This document shows positions 1-10,400 of a stretch of 64,000 bases of DNA, in pieces. Each line of letters opens with the position of its first letter. Position 1 is the first letter of the stretch. The notes below the pieces were generated by a model. The model had not been told where the DNA came from and did no database searches. It saw nothing but the letters and a program-made list of their open reading frames with translations. The stretch is taken from the NCBI GenBank assembly GCA_050506795.1, contig JBJHCF010000001.1:250886-314885 (forward strand), read 5' to 3'. This DNA comes from Opitutia bacterium. Lineage in GTDB: Bacteria; Verrucomicrobiota; Verrucomicrobiia; Opitutales; T3Sed10-336. The translations under genes and the position numbers were made by a program.

Positions 1-453
1 TGTTCGCACTGGTTTCCTTCCGTCACCAAACAAGGTGTGACCGCAATTTTCTGCACGACCGGCAACGACACCGGGCACCTGATCCTGCGCGGCGGCGCGC
101 GGACGGGACCCAATTACGACGCAGGCAGTGTGGCTGAGGCGGTAGACGCGTTGACGAAAGTCGGATTGCCTCCCCACCTGATGGTCGATTGCAGTCACGC
201 CAACAGTGGCAAGGATTACCGGCGCCAGCCTGAGGTTGCTGCCAATATCGCGGAGCAGATCGCGGGCGGTGGCCGGGCGATTCAGGGGGTGATGCTGGAG
301 AGTTTTTTGCGTGAAGGACGCCAGGACTACGTGAAAGGCAGGGAATCGGTTTACGGCCAAAGCATCACCGACGCCTGCATGTCGCTGGAAACGACCGCAG
401 AAGTCCTTGCCGGTCTGGCGGCCGCGGTGACAAAGCGTCGCCGCGGTGCATAA
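1..453 (+). CDS. aroG: 3-deoxy-7-phosphoheptulonate (DAHP) synthase class I, C-terminal part (5' end outside window)
   Basis: Frame open from base 1; motifs HLILRGG..GPNY, MVDCSHANSGKD, GVMLES, YGQSITDAC. Which paralogue (aroF/G/H) cannot be resolved. Confidence 0.9.
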   Translation, partial: CSHWFPSVTKQGVTAIFCTTGNDTGHLILRGGARTGPNYDAGSVAEAVDALTKVGLPPHLMVDCSHANSGKDYRRQPEVAANIAEQIAGGGRAIQGVMLESFLREGRQDYVKGRESVYGQSITDACMSLETTAEVLAGLAAAVTKRRRGA

Positions 454-471
454 TCATGACTGCCCTCCGGT

Positions 472-1356
472 CTACTCGTTTTCCTCGTCGTCGATTTTCT
501 GATACACCCTTACCCAGTCGACCTTGAATCGGGCCGGGAACTCGGTCTCGGACGGATCCCCCCCGTTGCTGCCAATGGCCAGGTTGAGCAGCATGTAATG
601 CGGCTGGTGGAAAGGGTTGGATCCGTCGGCATTCAGGGTTCCCGAAAGATCGGTTTCATTGAGCAGGCGGTCGTTTACGTATAGCCGAATGTAATCCTCG
701 GTCCAATCCATGCGCCAGACATGGAAATCGTCCGCCCAGTCTTCGCCGCCCAGTTCGGAAAGCGGAGTGGCCACGGCATCCCAGGCTGCGGTCCAGCGGC
801 GGTCGGTGCCCCACGCCACGTTGGCGTAGAGGTTGCCGCTGTAATATTCCATGATGTCGATTTCTCCGTTGGAGGGCCATTCCCGTTCGACCCCGAGGGT
901 CCACCAGGCCGGCCACATACCCTGGCGCACGTCGATGCGCCCGCGCATCTCGAAACGGCCATACTGCCAACTCTGCTGCCCCATGGTCCGGATGCTGGAT
1001 GAAGTGTACTCGGCGTACTCGCGCGAACTGCGCCAATCGCCGCTGTCCGGGTTATACCGGGGATTGGGCACCCGTTCGCGGCGCCCTTCGATGATCAGCA
1101 GACCATCCTCGCACCAGACATTTTGGGGTTGGTAGAACTGCAACTCCTGGTTGCGGACAAAACCGTGCTCGTAATTCCAGTTCTCCGGATTGGGCGGGCC
1201 GTCCACGTCGAACTCATCGGCCCAGACCAGCTTGTAACCCGGATGGGCATTCTCCGGATCCTCCGCGGACGCCGCGCCGGCCATGAAAACAGCCGCTCCG
1301 GCGACCAGGGAGAAAAGAGCTCGATCGGCAGAGAAGAAGATAAGGGCTTTCGTCAT
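472..1356 (-). CDS. Secreted GH16 beta-glucanase/laminarinase-like glycoside hydrolase
   Basis: Signal peptide; LVWADEFD, RNQELQFY, WPAWW, catalytic GEIDIME, FHVWRMDW, LLNLAIG. Confidence 0.92.
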   Translation of the reverse strand: MTKALIFFSADRALFSLVAGAAVFMAGAASAEDPENAHPGYKLVWADEFDVDGPPNPENWNYEHGFVRNQELQFYQPQNVWCEDGLLIIEGRRERVPNPRYNPDSGDWRSSREYAEYTSSSIRTMGQQSWQYGRFEMRGRIDVRQGMWPAWWTLGVEREWPSNGEIDIMEYYSGNLYANVAWGTDRRWTAAWDAVATPLSELGGEDWADDFHVWRMDWTEDYIRLYVNDRLLNETDLSGTLNADGSNPFHQPHYMLLNLAIGSNGGDPSETEFPARFKVDWVRVYQKIDDEENE

Positions 1357-1661
1357 CGGAATGGAATCAGTTGAAGGTGGAATTCGGTACTTTAGGACGC
1401 GTTGCTAAGTGCGTACCGTAGCAGGATCTCCGGACACAGATCGTCGAGAAAGGTACACCGCGGTTCGTTTGCCTGACAAACCAAATCGACCGTCCGCCTA
1501 AGCCATCCCGGCCATCGCGTTTTTTGCCAGGGCCGTGCGTTTCACCGACGCCTATTGCACTGCTTCGACCTGCACTCCAGGCCCGCCGATCGAATTCGGC
1601 GACCACTTTGTCTTGCGAAGGCTTGAGAAGCGTATTGGAGCATCTTATTCGGCGCCAATTT

Positions 1662-2885
1662 CTAGTCGCAGATGTTACCCTCAGCCACAGATCCCTCGGC
1701 GTTGGAGATAAGGCAGTCGACGTTTCCGCGCAAATCGTTGTTAAGGAATCGATTGCTGTGGCTGCGGTCTCCGCGCTCATAAATCGCCGCCCCATCCGAT
1801 CCTTTGATGCGCACATTCTGAATCAGGATGTTGTTGGCAGGTTCGAATTCTTCCTGCCATCGGGAGGAAATGAATATGCCGGCGCCGTTCGAGTCGACAA
1901 TGGAGCCGCCGTTGAGCACGAAATCCGGTGTGTTTTCAATCCATATCCCCATGCCTGTGGAGCGGCGGATGTCAACTTCCTCAAATGCGACATCTTTGGT
2001 GTGGGATAGGGTGAATATCCCGCGACCGCATTCAACGGCAATGAGTTTTCCCACTCGCACATTGGGACCGCAACCATTGGCGGCGCGCAAACCGGCATAA
2101 CCTCCTCCATGGCAGGCCCGGTAGGCATCCACGAGGTCAAAGCTGGCGTTGCGCGTCTGATTGAGCTGGAGTCCGCTCCCTCCGGTGTTGCGAGTGGTGA
2201 TGGTTGTCGCTTTCACTCCGTCCGTCCGCCAAAGCTCGACGCCGTGGTGGTTGCTGTCGGCGACAAAGATGTTTTCGAGCGTTAGATTCTTGTTCCAGTC
2301 TCCGCTCCAGGGCTCCTCGCCCCCCTCCGTTCGAATTCCCGAGTGTCCACGTTCCTCCGAATAGATGGGAGCCATCGAAATATGGATGTTCGAAAGAATC
2401 GCGTCCTCGAAACCTTTCAGGAAGATGCCGTATTCCGCGTTGCCGGTAATTCGAAGATTCCGCACTTCGATCTGTTTGGCATCCTGGGCGCGCACCGCGC
2501 TCACCTTGGCGTCTCCCCTCTGTCGCACATGGATCGTGTTGTCCCCGAAGTCGAGAACCGTATAGGACGGCAAATTGATTTTCACGATTCCCTCCGCGGA
2601 ATCCTCGTCGGTCGCGATGACTCCGGAATCCCGAATCAGAACGGTTTCCTTTGAAACCCGGTCCGGGGTCAGTCCATCGATCGCCGCCTGAATGGCTGTC
2701 CGCATATCCAGACCGGAATGCACGGTTTCGTCTCCTACGAGAGCTTGCCACTCATCACCGGCCCTAAAGACCTCCGCGGCAAAAGCCGGAGACTCGCCGG
2801 CGTTGGTTTCAGTGTCGGCGCCAAAGCCGGAAATGCTCAGCGCAAGCACGAGAGAAGCTGTACATGCAAGGACGGATTGTTTCAT
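1662..2885 (-). CDS. Secreted right-handed parallel beta-helix protein of unknown activity
   Basis: Signal peptide; repeating beta-helix turns; GGGYAGLRAANG and ECGRGIF segments shared with the neighbouring gene. Confidence 0.75.
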   Translation of the reverse strand: MKQSVLACTASLVLALSISGFGADTETNAGESPAFAAEVFRAGDEWQALVGDETVHSGLDMRTAIQAAIDGLTPDRVSKETVLIRDSGVIATDEDSAEGIVKINLPSYTVLDFGDNTIHVRQRGDAKVSAVRAQDAKQIEVRNLRITGNAEYGIFLKGFEDAILSNIHISMAPIYSEERGHSGIRTEGGEEPWSGDWNKNLTLENIFVADSNHHGVELWRTDGVKATTITTRNTGGSGLQLNQTRNASFDLVDAYRACHGGGYAGLRAANGCGPNVRVGKLIAVECGRGIFTLSHTKDVAFEEVDIRRSTGMGIWIENTPDFVLNGGSIVDSNGAGIFISSRWQEEFEPANNILIQNVRIKGSDGAAIYERGDRSHSNRFLNNDLRGNVDCLISNAEGSVAEGNICD

Positions 2886-2920
2886 AAGATTAGTTCCTGT
2901 GTGTTGTTTGTTAAAAGCGA

Positions 2921-5725
2921 TTAGAAGGTTTCCGCTCCAATTATCACCCGGAAAAACCTCTTCGGCTCTCCCGAATCAGAGATCTCGAACACCGCCTCCT
3001 TCTTCGTCTCGGGCGCCAAAAATGCGTCGGGCACGTCGCTCCAGTCCGGGTCCGACAGTTCATAAGTCTTTTGCAGTTGGTAGGTATGGCCCGGGTAGGC
3101 ATGAAATCGGATACGGACGGTAGCGTCGGAGGCTTTTTCCATGCTCGTCCTCACATCGCCGGCTCGCAAAATACGTCCGTTGTTCTGAAATCCGTCCGGC
3201 GGTGTCCATGTGCTTCTGATCAGGTCAAGGACTCCGTTGTTAACGAAGGGGCCGTCCACATCCAGTTCCGGCGAGCCGTGAATTCGGAGCACCCCGTCAT
3301 TGGTCAACGATTCTCCCGCGGCGATGCTCCCGCTTTCGGTCAGCACCAACTCGGCCCCTTCGTCGATGCTCAATTCACGCCCGATCTCCACCGCTCCGGA
3401 CACCACCAGACGGCCCTGCTCCACGATCATGGAGCCGTTCCACGCGTTCTCTCCACTCAGTATCCAGGTGCCCGTTCCAGTCTTGATGATCGACATGTTG
3501 GTGAAGCTCGACTCCTCCGTTTCCCGGATATCCCCGGCGAAAACCGCATCGGTATCGAGTCCACCCACGCGGTAGGTGAGCGGCCGGCCGCCGGAGCCGG
3601 TCGGGCCGCCCAGCAATCGGGATCCCTGCTCTCCGGACAACGCTCCGATCGGCACTGTCGTGCCTCCAGGATTGAGCGTGCCGGTGTAGTAAAGTGACAC
3701 GCCGGCGGCGAGATCGACCGCGGTGTCGGGGAATCCCGGAAAGTCATAGTTTCTCGCCATCCGCAAGTGCCCCGATCCTTCCTCTATGGGAAACAATTCA
3801 AGCCGACCCTCGAAGGCGGACCAATCGGCGTGGAGGTCGGTGCGTATCCACGGCACCCGCATGCGTAGCGTGCCGCCGCCGGAGAGCGTGCCGTGAATGG
3901 CGCAGCGCGCATCGGCGTGAAGGACGCCTGTCTCGCCGTCAGGGACTACCAGATGGTAGGTCTGGCTGTTGTGGACCTGGTGACGATCCCACATGGCCAG
4001 GGTCCCGCCGCGGAGTGTGATCTGACCGCTGCCAAAAGAGACGAAGTCCGCCGTGCCCCACGCCTGGGCAAGAGTGCCGCCGGCGACAATGGTTCCGCCG
4101 GAATAACTGTTCTCCCGGTGCATGGTCAGCGTGCCGGGACCGGTCTTGACCAACGTGGCGGCACCGCCGATCTCGCCGGGTCCCTCAAACGCGTAATTCT
4201 GCGAAGCATCGACCAAGACTTCTTCCGGACGAAGCGTCCCTTGAAGCATCACATTCGACACATAACTGCTGTCGTCGAACCGCACTTGCACCCCCTCCGG
4301 CCAAAACCAGGCCGGACCTTCATCGGTGGCCCAGTTGGGCGTGCTTTGGTCCCAGTGGGCGTTACTCGCTCCCGTCCACGTCAAGGTGCTCCCTTCTGTC
4401 CACGGCAGGAGATCCGCTAGCCACAATCCCGCAAATCTCGAATGCCGAGTCACGCCCAGGTCCGGATTTACGACTTTACAGTAGTAGAATCCCTGGTGAC
4501 TTGACTGAACACTGCTTATCGAGAGTGTGGGCCCGGTTCCCACCAGCGTGTCGGAATCCCGGACCGTAAGATCGTTCGAAAAATACCATTCGAGACCGAG
4601 GCCTTCCGGATCTACGGTGGAAACTTGAAAAACCGCCTCCTCGCCCTGAACGACCACCTGACTGGAGGGATGCGTCACGAACTCATGTGGCGGAGGCTCC
4701 TCTTTGATTTCAATGAAGCTTCCCTCCCCGCCAACCGAATACGGCGCCCCATTGTCCCAGAGATAGCCGCTGAGAACCCGCGTGTCGGGGGTGTCCTCAA
4801 TCCAGATCCCGAGGCCTGAACATCCGAATATCTCAACGAAATCCACAGTGGTTCCCTGGCTCCCCGACAAGCTGAAAAAGCCCCTGCCGCACTCTCTGGC
4901 AAAAAGCTTTTCCACATGAATATTCGGACCGCTTCCGTTCGCCACTCTCAGTCCGGCGTACCCGCCTCCATAGGCGGCTCTGTAGGCGTCGATTGTTCCG
5001 ATTCGCGCATTTCGCACGCCATTGAGTTGCAGACCGGAACCAGCACTGTATCGCGTCGTAATCCGCTCGATCTCAACGCCATCGATGCCGGATATTTCGA
5101 CGGCGTGATGCCTGGCGCCCTCGACAAAGATTTCCCCGGTCATCTTTAAGTTGTAAGTCGGGATACCGTGATCGCTGTGATTATCCACCCGGATTCCCAG
5201 CCCCAGGGACCCGCGGCTCAAGTGCATCCGTATGTTGTGGAGGTGGATATTGGAACCGCCTCGAAACCAGATTCCATATCGGGGTGCCCCGGTCATCCGA
5301 ACGTTGCGAATCGTGATATCTCCTCGCCGGTCTCCATAGATGGGAATAACGTTGGTGGCGCTATGCACGGTATTGCCGTGAAAATCCAGGGTTTGCCCAA
5401 CGCGGAGCTGCATCCCCCAGAATACATCGGCCACCCCGGAATCCCTGACGTTTATCGTTCCGGGACCATTTCCCATCCAATTGGCCGCTGCATTCACGGC
5501 ATGCGTCATGTTGTCGCCGGTATGGACGCGTGTTCCGTCGACCACTGTCCGCCAGGTGTCGCCTTCGCGAATCACTTCCGCCGTCTGCCCATGGACCTGA
5601 GTCTGGGCCAGAAAGCACAAAAAAGCCAGTAGCGGAATTACACTCTGCAAAACCCTTCGGGAAGCGAAAAACGATGCAACCGACAACATTCCACTAATCC
5701 TTTGAAATGCAGGAGCCAAAGTCAT
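2921..5725 (-). CDS. Secreted multidomain protein: beta-helix domain + Ig-like domain + autotransporter-associated beta-strand repeats + C-terminal RFFR domain
   Basis: Start placed at ATG 5725 because the track extension overlaps the divergent LacI gene; Ig motif HQGFYYCKV; repeats LVKTGPGTLTM..NSYSGGT and IKTGTGTWILSGEN; ends EPKRFFRVII. Confidence 0.8.
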   Translation of the reverse strand: MTLAPAFQRISGMLSVASFFASRRVLQSVIPLLAFLCFLAQTQVHGQTAEVIREGDTWRTVVDGTRVHTGDNMTHAVNAAANWMGNGPGTINVRDSGVADVFWGMQLRVGQTLDFHGNTVHSATNVIPIYGDRRGDITIRNVRMTGAPRYGIWFRGGSNIHLHNIRMHLSRGSLGLGIRVDNHSDHGIPTYNLKMTGEIFVEGARHHAVEISGIDGVEIERITTRYSAGSGLQLNGVRNARIGTIDAYRAAYGGGYAGLRVANGSGPNIHVEKLFARECGRGFFSLSGSQGTTVDFVEIFGCSGLGIWIEDTPDTRVLSGYLWDNGAPYSVGGEGSFIEIKEEPPPHEFVTHPSSQVVVQGEEAVFQVSTVDPEGLGLEWYFSNDLTVRDSDTLVGTGPTLSISSVQSSHQGFYYCKVVNPDLGVTRHSRFAGLWLADLLPWTEGSTLTWTGASNAHWDQSTPNWATDEGPAWFWPEGVQVRFDDSSYVSNVMLQGTLRPEEVLVDASQNYAFEGPGEIGGAATLVKTGPGTLTMHRENSYSGGTIVAGGTLAQAWGTADFVSFGSGQITLRGGTLAMWDRHQVHNSQTYHLVVPDGETGVLHADARCAIHGTLSGGGTLRMRVPWIRTDLHADWSAFEGRLELFPIEEGSGHLRMARNYDFPGFPDTAVDLAAGVSLYYTGTLNPGGTTVPIGALSGEQGSRLLGGPTGSGGRPLTYRVGGLDTDAVFAGDIRETEESSFTNMSIIKTGTGTWILSGENAWNGSMIVEQGRLVVSGAVEIGRELSIDEGAELVLTESGSIAAGESLTNDGVLRIHGSPELDVDGPFVNNGVLDLIRSTWTPPDGFQNNGRILRAGDVRTSMEKASDATVRIRFHAYPGHTYQLQKTYELSDPDWSDVPDAFLAPETKKEAVFEISDSGEPKRFFRVIIGAETF

Positions 5726-5822
5726 AAAAAAGTGTCTGTCGATGTTCTTTGAGGAAACTTCTCGTGAGCGAAGCGCATGCCGTAATCGTTTCAAGGTCTC
5801 TTCCTGTTGCAAAGCCTTGAGA

Positions 5823-5839
5823 AATTGGACAGTCCAATT
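5823..5839. promoter_or_regulatory. Palindromic operator candidate between divergent genes
   Basis: Perfect AATTGGAC-A-GTCCAATT overlapping a TTGACG (-35-like) hexamer. Confidence 0.5.
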
Positions 5840-5943
5840 GACGATCGGCGCCGGTCGTTTACCGGTACCTGATGAGGCCAACACACCGCATGGACAACCG
5901 GGCTTGCTCACCGGGCACCTTTCGGTTTTACTGACAATTCGGC

Positions 5944-7008
5944 ATGACAGGTTCATCACTGCGCGATCTGGCCCGGAGTCTGGGGCTTTCTCCGACCACT
6001 GTTTCCAACGCCCTGCAGAATCGCCCCAACGTGCGTCCCGCCACCCGCGCACGAGTGATCAAGGCCGCAAGGGATACAGGGTATCAGCATAACCCTCTGG
6101 CGGGAGCACTGATGTCGGAGATACGCAAATCGAGGAGCACGACCTTTCGCGGAACAATCGCCATCCTGGATATCGGCGGTCCCGCATCCAGGACGGAAGG
6201 TGGAAATCGCTTTCATACCGCCATGATCCATGGGGCCGGCGAGAGGGCCGCGGAGATTGGGTTCAGGGCGGAGACATTTTTGGTGGATCGGAAGGAGATG
6301 CCCATCAAGCGGTTGAATCGCATCCTGCGCACCCGGGGGACCAATGGCATTCTTCTCCTTCCATTCGGGATTGAGATCGATCTGAGCGAATTGGACTGGT
6401 CCCGCTATTCGGCCGTTTACATGGATTACATTCTACGGAAACCGCCGATTTCCACCGTGAACTCGGATCATTATCAGTCCATGCATATGCTGCTCGACCA
6501 GCTCCGCGCGAGAGGGTACCGGCGCCCCGGACTGGTCATGGACACGTTGCTCGATCATGGTATCCTTTATCGTTGGCACGCCAGTTTTCTCGGTTATTGC
6601 TGGCACAGCCGGGCGTTTGAAGAATGCCCGCCCCTGCTCGCGTACAGACCCGGCAAGGAGGGGTTTCTTCCCTGGTTTAAAGAGAATCGTCCGGACGTCG
6701 TCCTCTGCCACGAACCCGTCGCGATGAGCTGGATGGAAGAAGCCGGAGCGAGGATTCCCGAAACCCACGGCTTCTGCTGCCTCAATACTTCGACCAGTCC
6801 GATTCCCTGCGCCGGGCTGGACCTTCAACCCGCCGTGCTCGGGGCCAGCGGAGTGGAGATCATCGTCGCGCAGATACACCGCAACGAGTATGGCCCTCCC
6901 CGAACCCCATCAACCACTTCGATCATCGGCCGTTGGGAAGAAGGATCAACCCTTAGGGCCGTGCCCGCCCATCCGAAGGAACCCGAAAGTTCCACGTCCG
7001 GCGCCTGA
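5944..7008 (+). CDS. LacI-family transcriptional regulator
   Basis: HTH SLRDLARSLGLSPTTVSNAL, GYQHNPLAGALM hinge, GYRRPGL. Confidence 0.93.
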   Translation: MTGSSLRDLARSLGLSPTTVSNALQNRPNVRPATRARVIKAARDTGYQHNPLAGALMSEIRKSRSTTFRGTIAILDIGGPASRTEGGNRFHTAMIHGAGERAAEIGFRAETFLVDRKEMPIKRLNRILRTRGTNGILLLPFGIEIDLSELDWSRYSAVYMDYILRKPPISTVNSDHYQSMHMLLDQLRARGYRRPGLVMDTLLDHGILYRWHASFLGYCWHSRAFEECPPLLAYRPGKEGFLPWFKENRPDVVLCHEPVAMSWMEEAGARIPETHGFCCLNTSTSPIPCAGLDLQPAVLGASGVEIIVAQIHRNEYGPPRTPSTTSIIGRWEEGSTLRAVPAHPKEPESSTSGA

Positions 7009-7469
7009 GCCGCGGGAGACGCGTCATCATTTTCCAGCGGAATGATCCGAGGACGTGGCTTACCCATTCCGACGGCGATTATGCGGTGGAAAAGCATTGA
7101 ACCAATGAACGGGAAAGAAGGTTTTGCCGCGTCGGCCTGGTTGGCGGAATATGACAACGGTCGAGGGAGTCGTTCTTGATTGGTAAACAACGCTGATCGC
7201 CACATTTCCGAATACTCGATTACGAAAAGGACAAGGCTGCCGCTATTGCTCTTCGCGTGCGGGTCGGACCGGATGCGTATGGGACAAGCCTACTGTCACG
7301 CGTGCAGCAAAGCGGCGCCACCCGTGCCGATTCTCTGTGGCGACGTGCTGGTTCAACGAATTGAATTGGAGAAGTATTGAGCCGCTGACAGCGGCGGCAT
7401 CACTTGAACCTCTTGGACCAAATGATCTCGCAACCACACCCACCTTCACCCTCATCCAGCCCGCGTCTG

Positions 7470-10400
7470 ATGAAGCAGCCGGCTTATCTTTGGCGGAGAA
7501 TTAAGGCCGCCGGTTTTTCAGGCCGGCGGCCAGGCAAAACCTGTCTGGCGCTTTTCCTCTTCCTGGCCGTTTCGCTCAGCGTCTCCGCCCAGCATGTGAC
7601 GCTTCTCAACAACGACGGCTTCGGCACCAGTTCGTTCAATTCCACTGGCCACTGGAGCGACGGCCTGGCGCCCGGTCCAGGCAAGAGCTATTTTACGGGC
7701 AACCGGCTCCTTCGCTCTCCCACGACCGCCGGTTCCTTCACCTTTGGCGGAGACTCGCTTACGATCGATCCCGGCGGTCGTCTCATCGGGAAAATCAGCG
7801 ATGGCGTCCAAACTCTCACGATTGGCCAACTCATTCTTAACGGCGGAACCCTGGACGAGGCCGGCACCAACGCCGACACGGGCAAACTGATCGTCGCCGG
7901 CGCCATAGAGGTCACCGCGCCCTCCTTTCTCGGCGCCCTCGGCGCTCCGGCCAACAACAGCGAATTCTTCGAGACGCTCGAAATCACGGCCCCAATCTCC
8001 GGTTCCGCCGCGCTCACCGTGGCCGGATCCTCCAACGCCGGAACCAACACTGGTGTCGTCGTGCTGAGCGCCGCCAATCCGTACAGCGGGACGATCACAG
8101 TCGCCACGCCGGGCAACGGTTTCATTGCCAGCGCCACTCATCGCCTGCTCCAGCTCAATCACCGGGAAGCCCTCCGCCACGCGAATCTCAATTTAGCCTC
8201 CTCCGCAAACGGCGTTTCTTTCGCCGCCGACGCCAACACCGGTCCTTTCCATATCGGCGGGCTCTCCGGCAGTTCCAGCCAGAGACTCGCCGATACCGGC
8301 GACGGCCCCGTGACACTCGAGGTCGGTGGAAATGATCTGGACACCACCTTTACCGGCGCGCTCCACGGCCCGGGCCGCCTGGTGAAAACAGGCGCCGGCA
8401 CGCTGACTCTCACCGGAGCGAATACCTTCGAGAGCGACCTCTCCATCCAATCGGGAACGCTTGCGCTGGGAGGAGGATCCCTCGAGGTTCCTTCGATCAC
8501 GCTTTCGACTGAAGGAACGCTGGATGTCTCCTCGTCCGCGGCCCCGACTTTGAAGGGCATGCGCCTTGGCGGTGAGGGAGAAATCAAGGGATCTCTCACG
8601 CTCGGGGATGCGGCGGAGCTCCATTTCGGGGGCGATGACCACTCCGGCTCGCTTTCATTCCGCGACGATCTGACCCTGGCAGCGGGCGCGACCGTCCATC
8701 TCGATTTCGCTGACGCGGCAGGGCCGGATCATGAATTCTTTGCGGTTGGCGGCACGCTGTCGCTCGATCAGACCTCTTTCCACCTGCAAGGCGGCGAGGG
8801 GTTGACCGAACTCGACCCTTCCGTTTCCTATCTATTGGCAACCGCCGATTCTGTAACCGGCCGCCCCAATTCCGACGCCACCTGGGTCGGAGTCCCACCG
8901 GCGAACGCAGCCGACTTCCGGATCGTCGCCATCGGCGACGAGGTCCGCCTTCAGACCGGCGGGACGCCCCTTTACGCCGCGGCAGCCGCCGTTCCGACGA
9001 GTGCTACCCCGGGGCAACAAATCCTGCTCACCGTCGAGGTCACCCCCGCGACCGAGCCGGACAGCACCGATATTATCGTTGTCGCCGATCTGAGTCCTAT
9101 CGGGGGTTCCTCGGCTCAAGAATTTCACAGCGATGGCACTCACGGCGACAACGTCGACGGAGATTATCGCTTTTCCTTTCTGGCCACTCTCGACGCTGAC
9201 ATTTCCCTTGGTCCCATCGAACTGATTATCCTCGCCAGTGACGCTGAGGAGCGAAGTGTTTCCACATCCCTTACGTTTTCGGTTGTCCCTGCCGTCACGG
9301 AGAAATACATGGCCGCGCCCTTCCTGGAGGTATCCGAGATTGCGTTACCCGGCTGGTTTTCGGTAGCGGCAAGCGACCAGGCGGCCTCGATTCATTATGA
9401 CGCGGACGATGCCGCGGTCGTACGCATTGCCGCCGAAGCCCTGCGCGATGACATCGAACGGGTGACCGGGTTCATTTCTGATGTTTCCACCGGCGCTCCC
9501 GTCGCCGGTTCTCAGCCGATCCTCGTTGGCACACTCGGTCAGAGCTCCCTGATCGATGACCTGGTGGCGAACGAAAAATTGGATGTGAGTCTCATCGAAG
9601 GAGAATGGGAAGCCTACACGGCGGCCGTTATAACCGATCCGTTGCCCGGAATTGAGCGCGCTTTGGTCATTGCGGGGAGCGATCGCCGAGGAACCGCCTT
9701 CGGCGTTTTCGGTCTCTCAGAAGCCATGGGAGTCTCGCCATGGTATTGGTGGGGCGATGTGCCGACACCGCAAAAAGCGGCGGTACACGTAGAGAGCGGT
9801 GTTTACGTCCAGCCCACTCCGGGCGTCCAGTATCGTGGCATTTTCCTCAATGACGAGGACTGGGGACTGCAGCCGTGGGCGGCCAACACTTTCGAGCCGG
9901 AAATCGGTAGTATCGGGCCCGGAACGTATGCCACCATCTTCGAACTCCTGCTCCGGCTCCATGCCAATGTGATTTGGCCGGCCATGCACGAATGGCCGGT
10001 GCAGACCACTCCGTTCTACCTGATTCCAGAAAACAAAGTCGTGGCCGACGACTACGCCATCGTCATCAGCACCTCCCATCACGAACCGATGCTCCGCAAC
10101 AGTCACGAGTATGATGAAAGTGTCCTTGGGCCCTACAACTATTGGACCAACCGCACCAACATCTACAACTTTTGGGAAGAGCGGGTGATCGAGACTGCCG
10201 GCTACGAGAACATCTACACGGTGGGCATGCGCGGGCGCACGGATGCCGGCATGCTCGCGCCGCCGGGTACGACCGATGCGGAAAAGGCGGAAAAGATTCA
10301 AAACGAGATCATCCCGGATCAGCGACAGATGCTCGCCGACCATGTGAACCCCGACCCCTCTCAGGTCCCGCAGATTTTCATCCCCTACAAGGAGACACTC

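Noticed and set aside
5726..6052. N-terminal extension of the 2921 ORF in the track
   Set aside because: Overlaps the divergent LacI gene and promoter; the signal peptide starts further downstream
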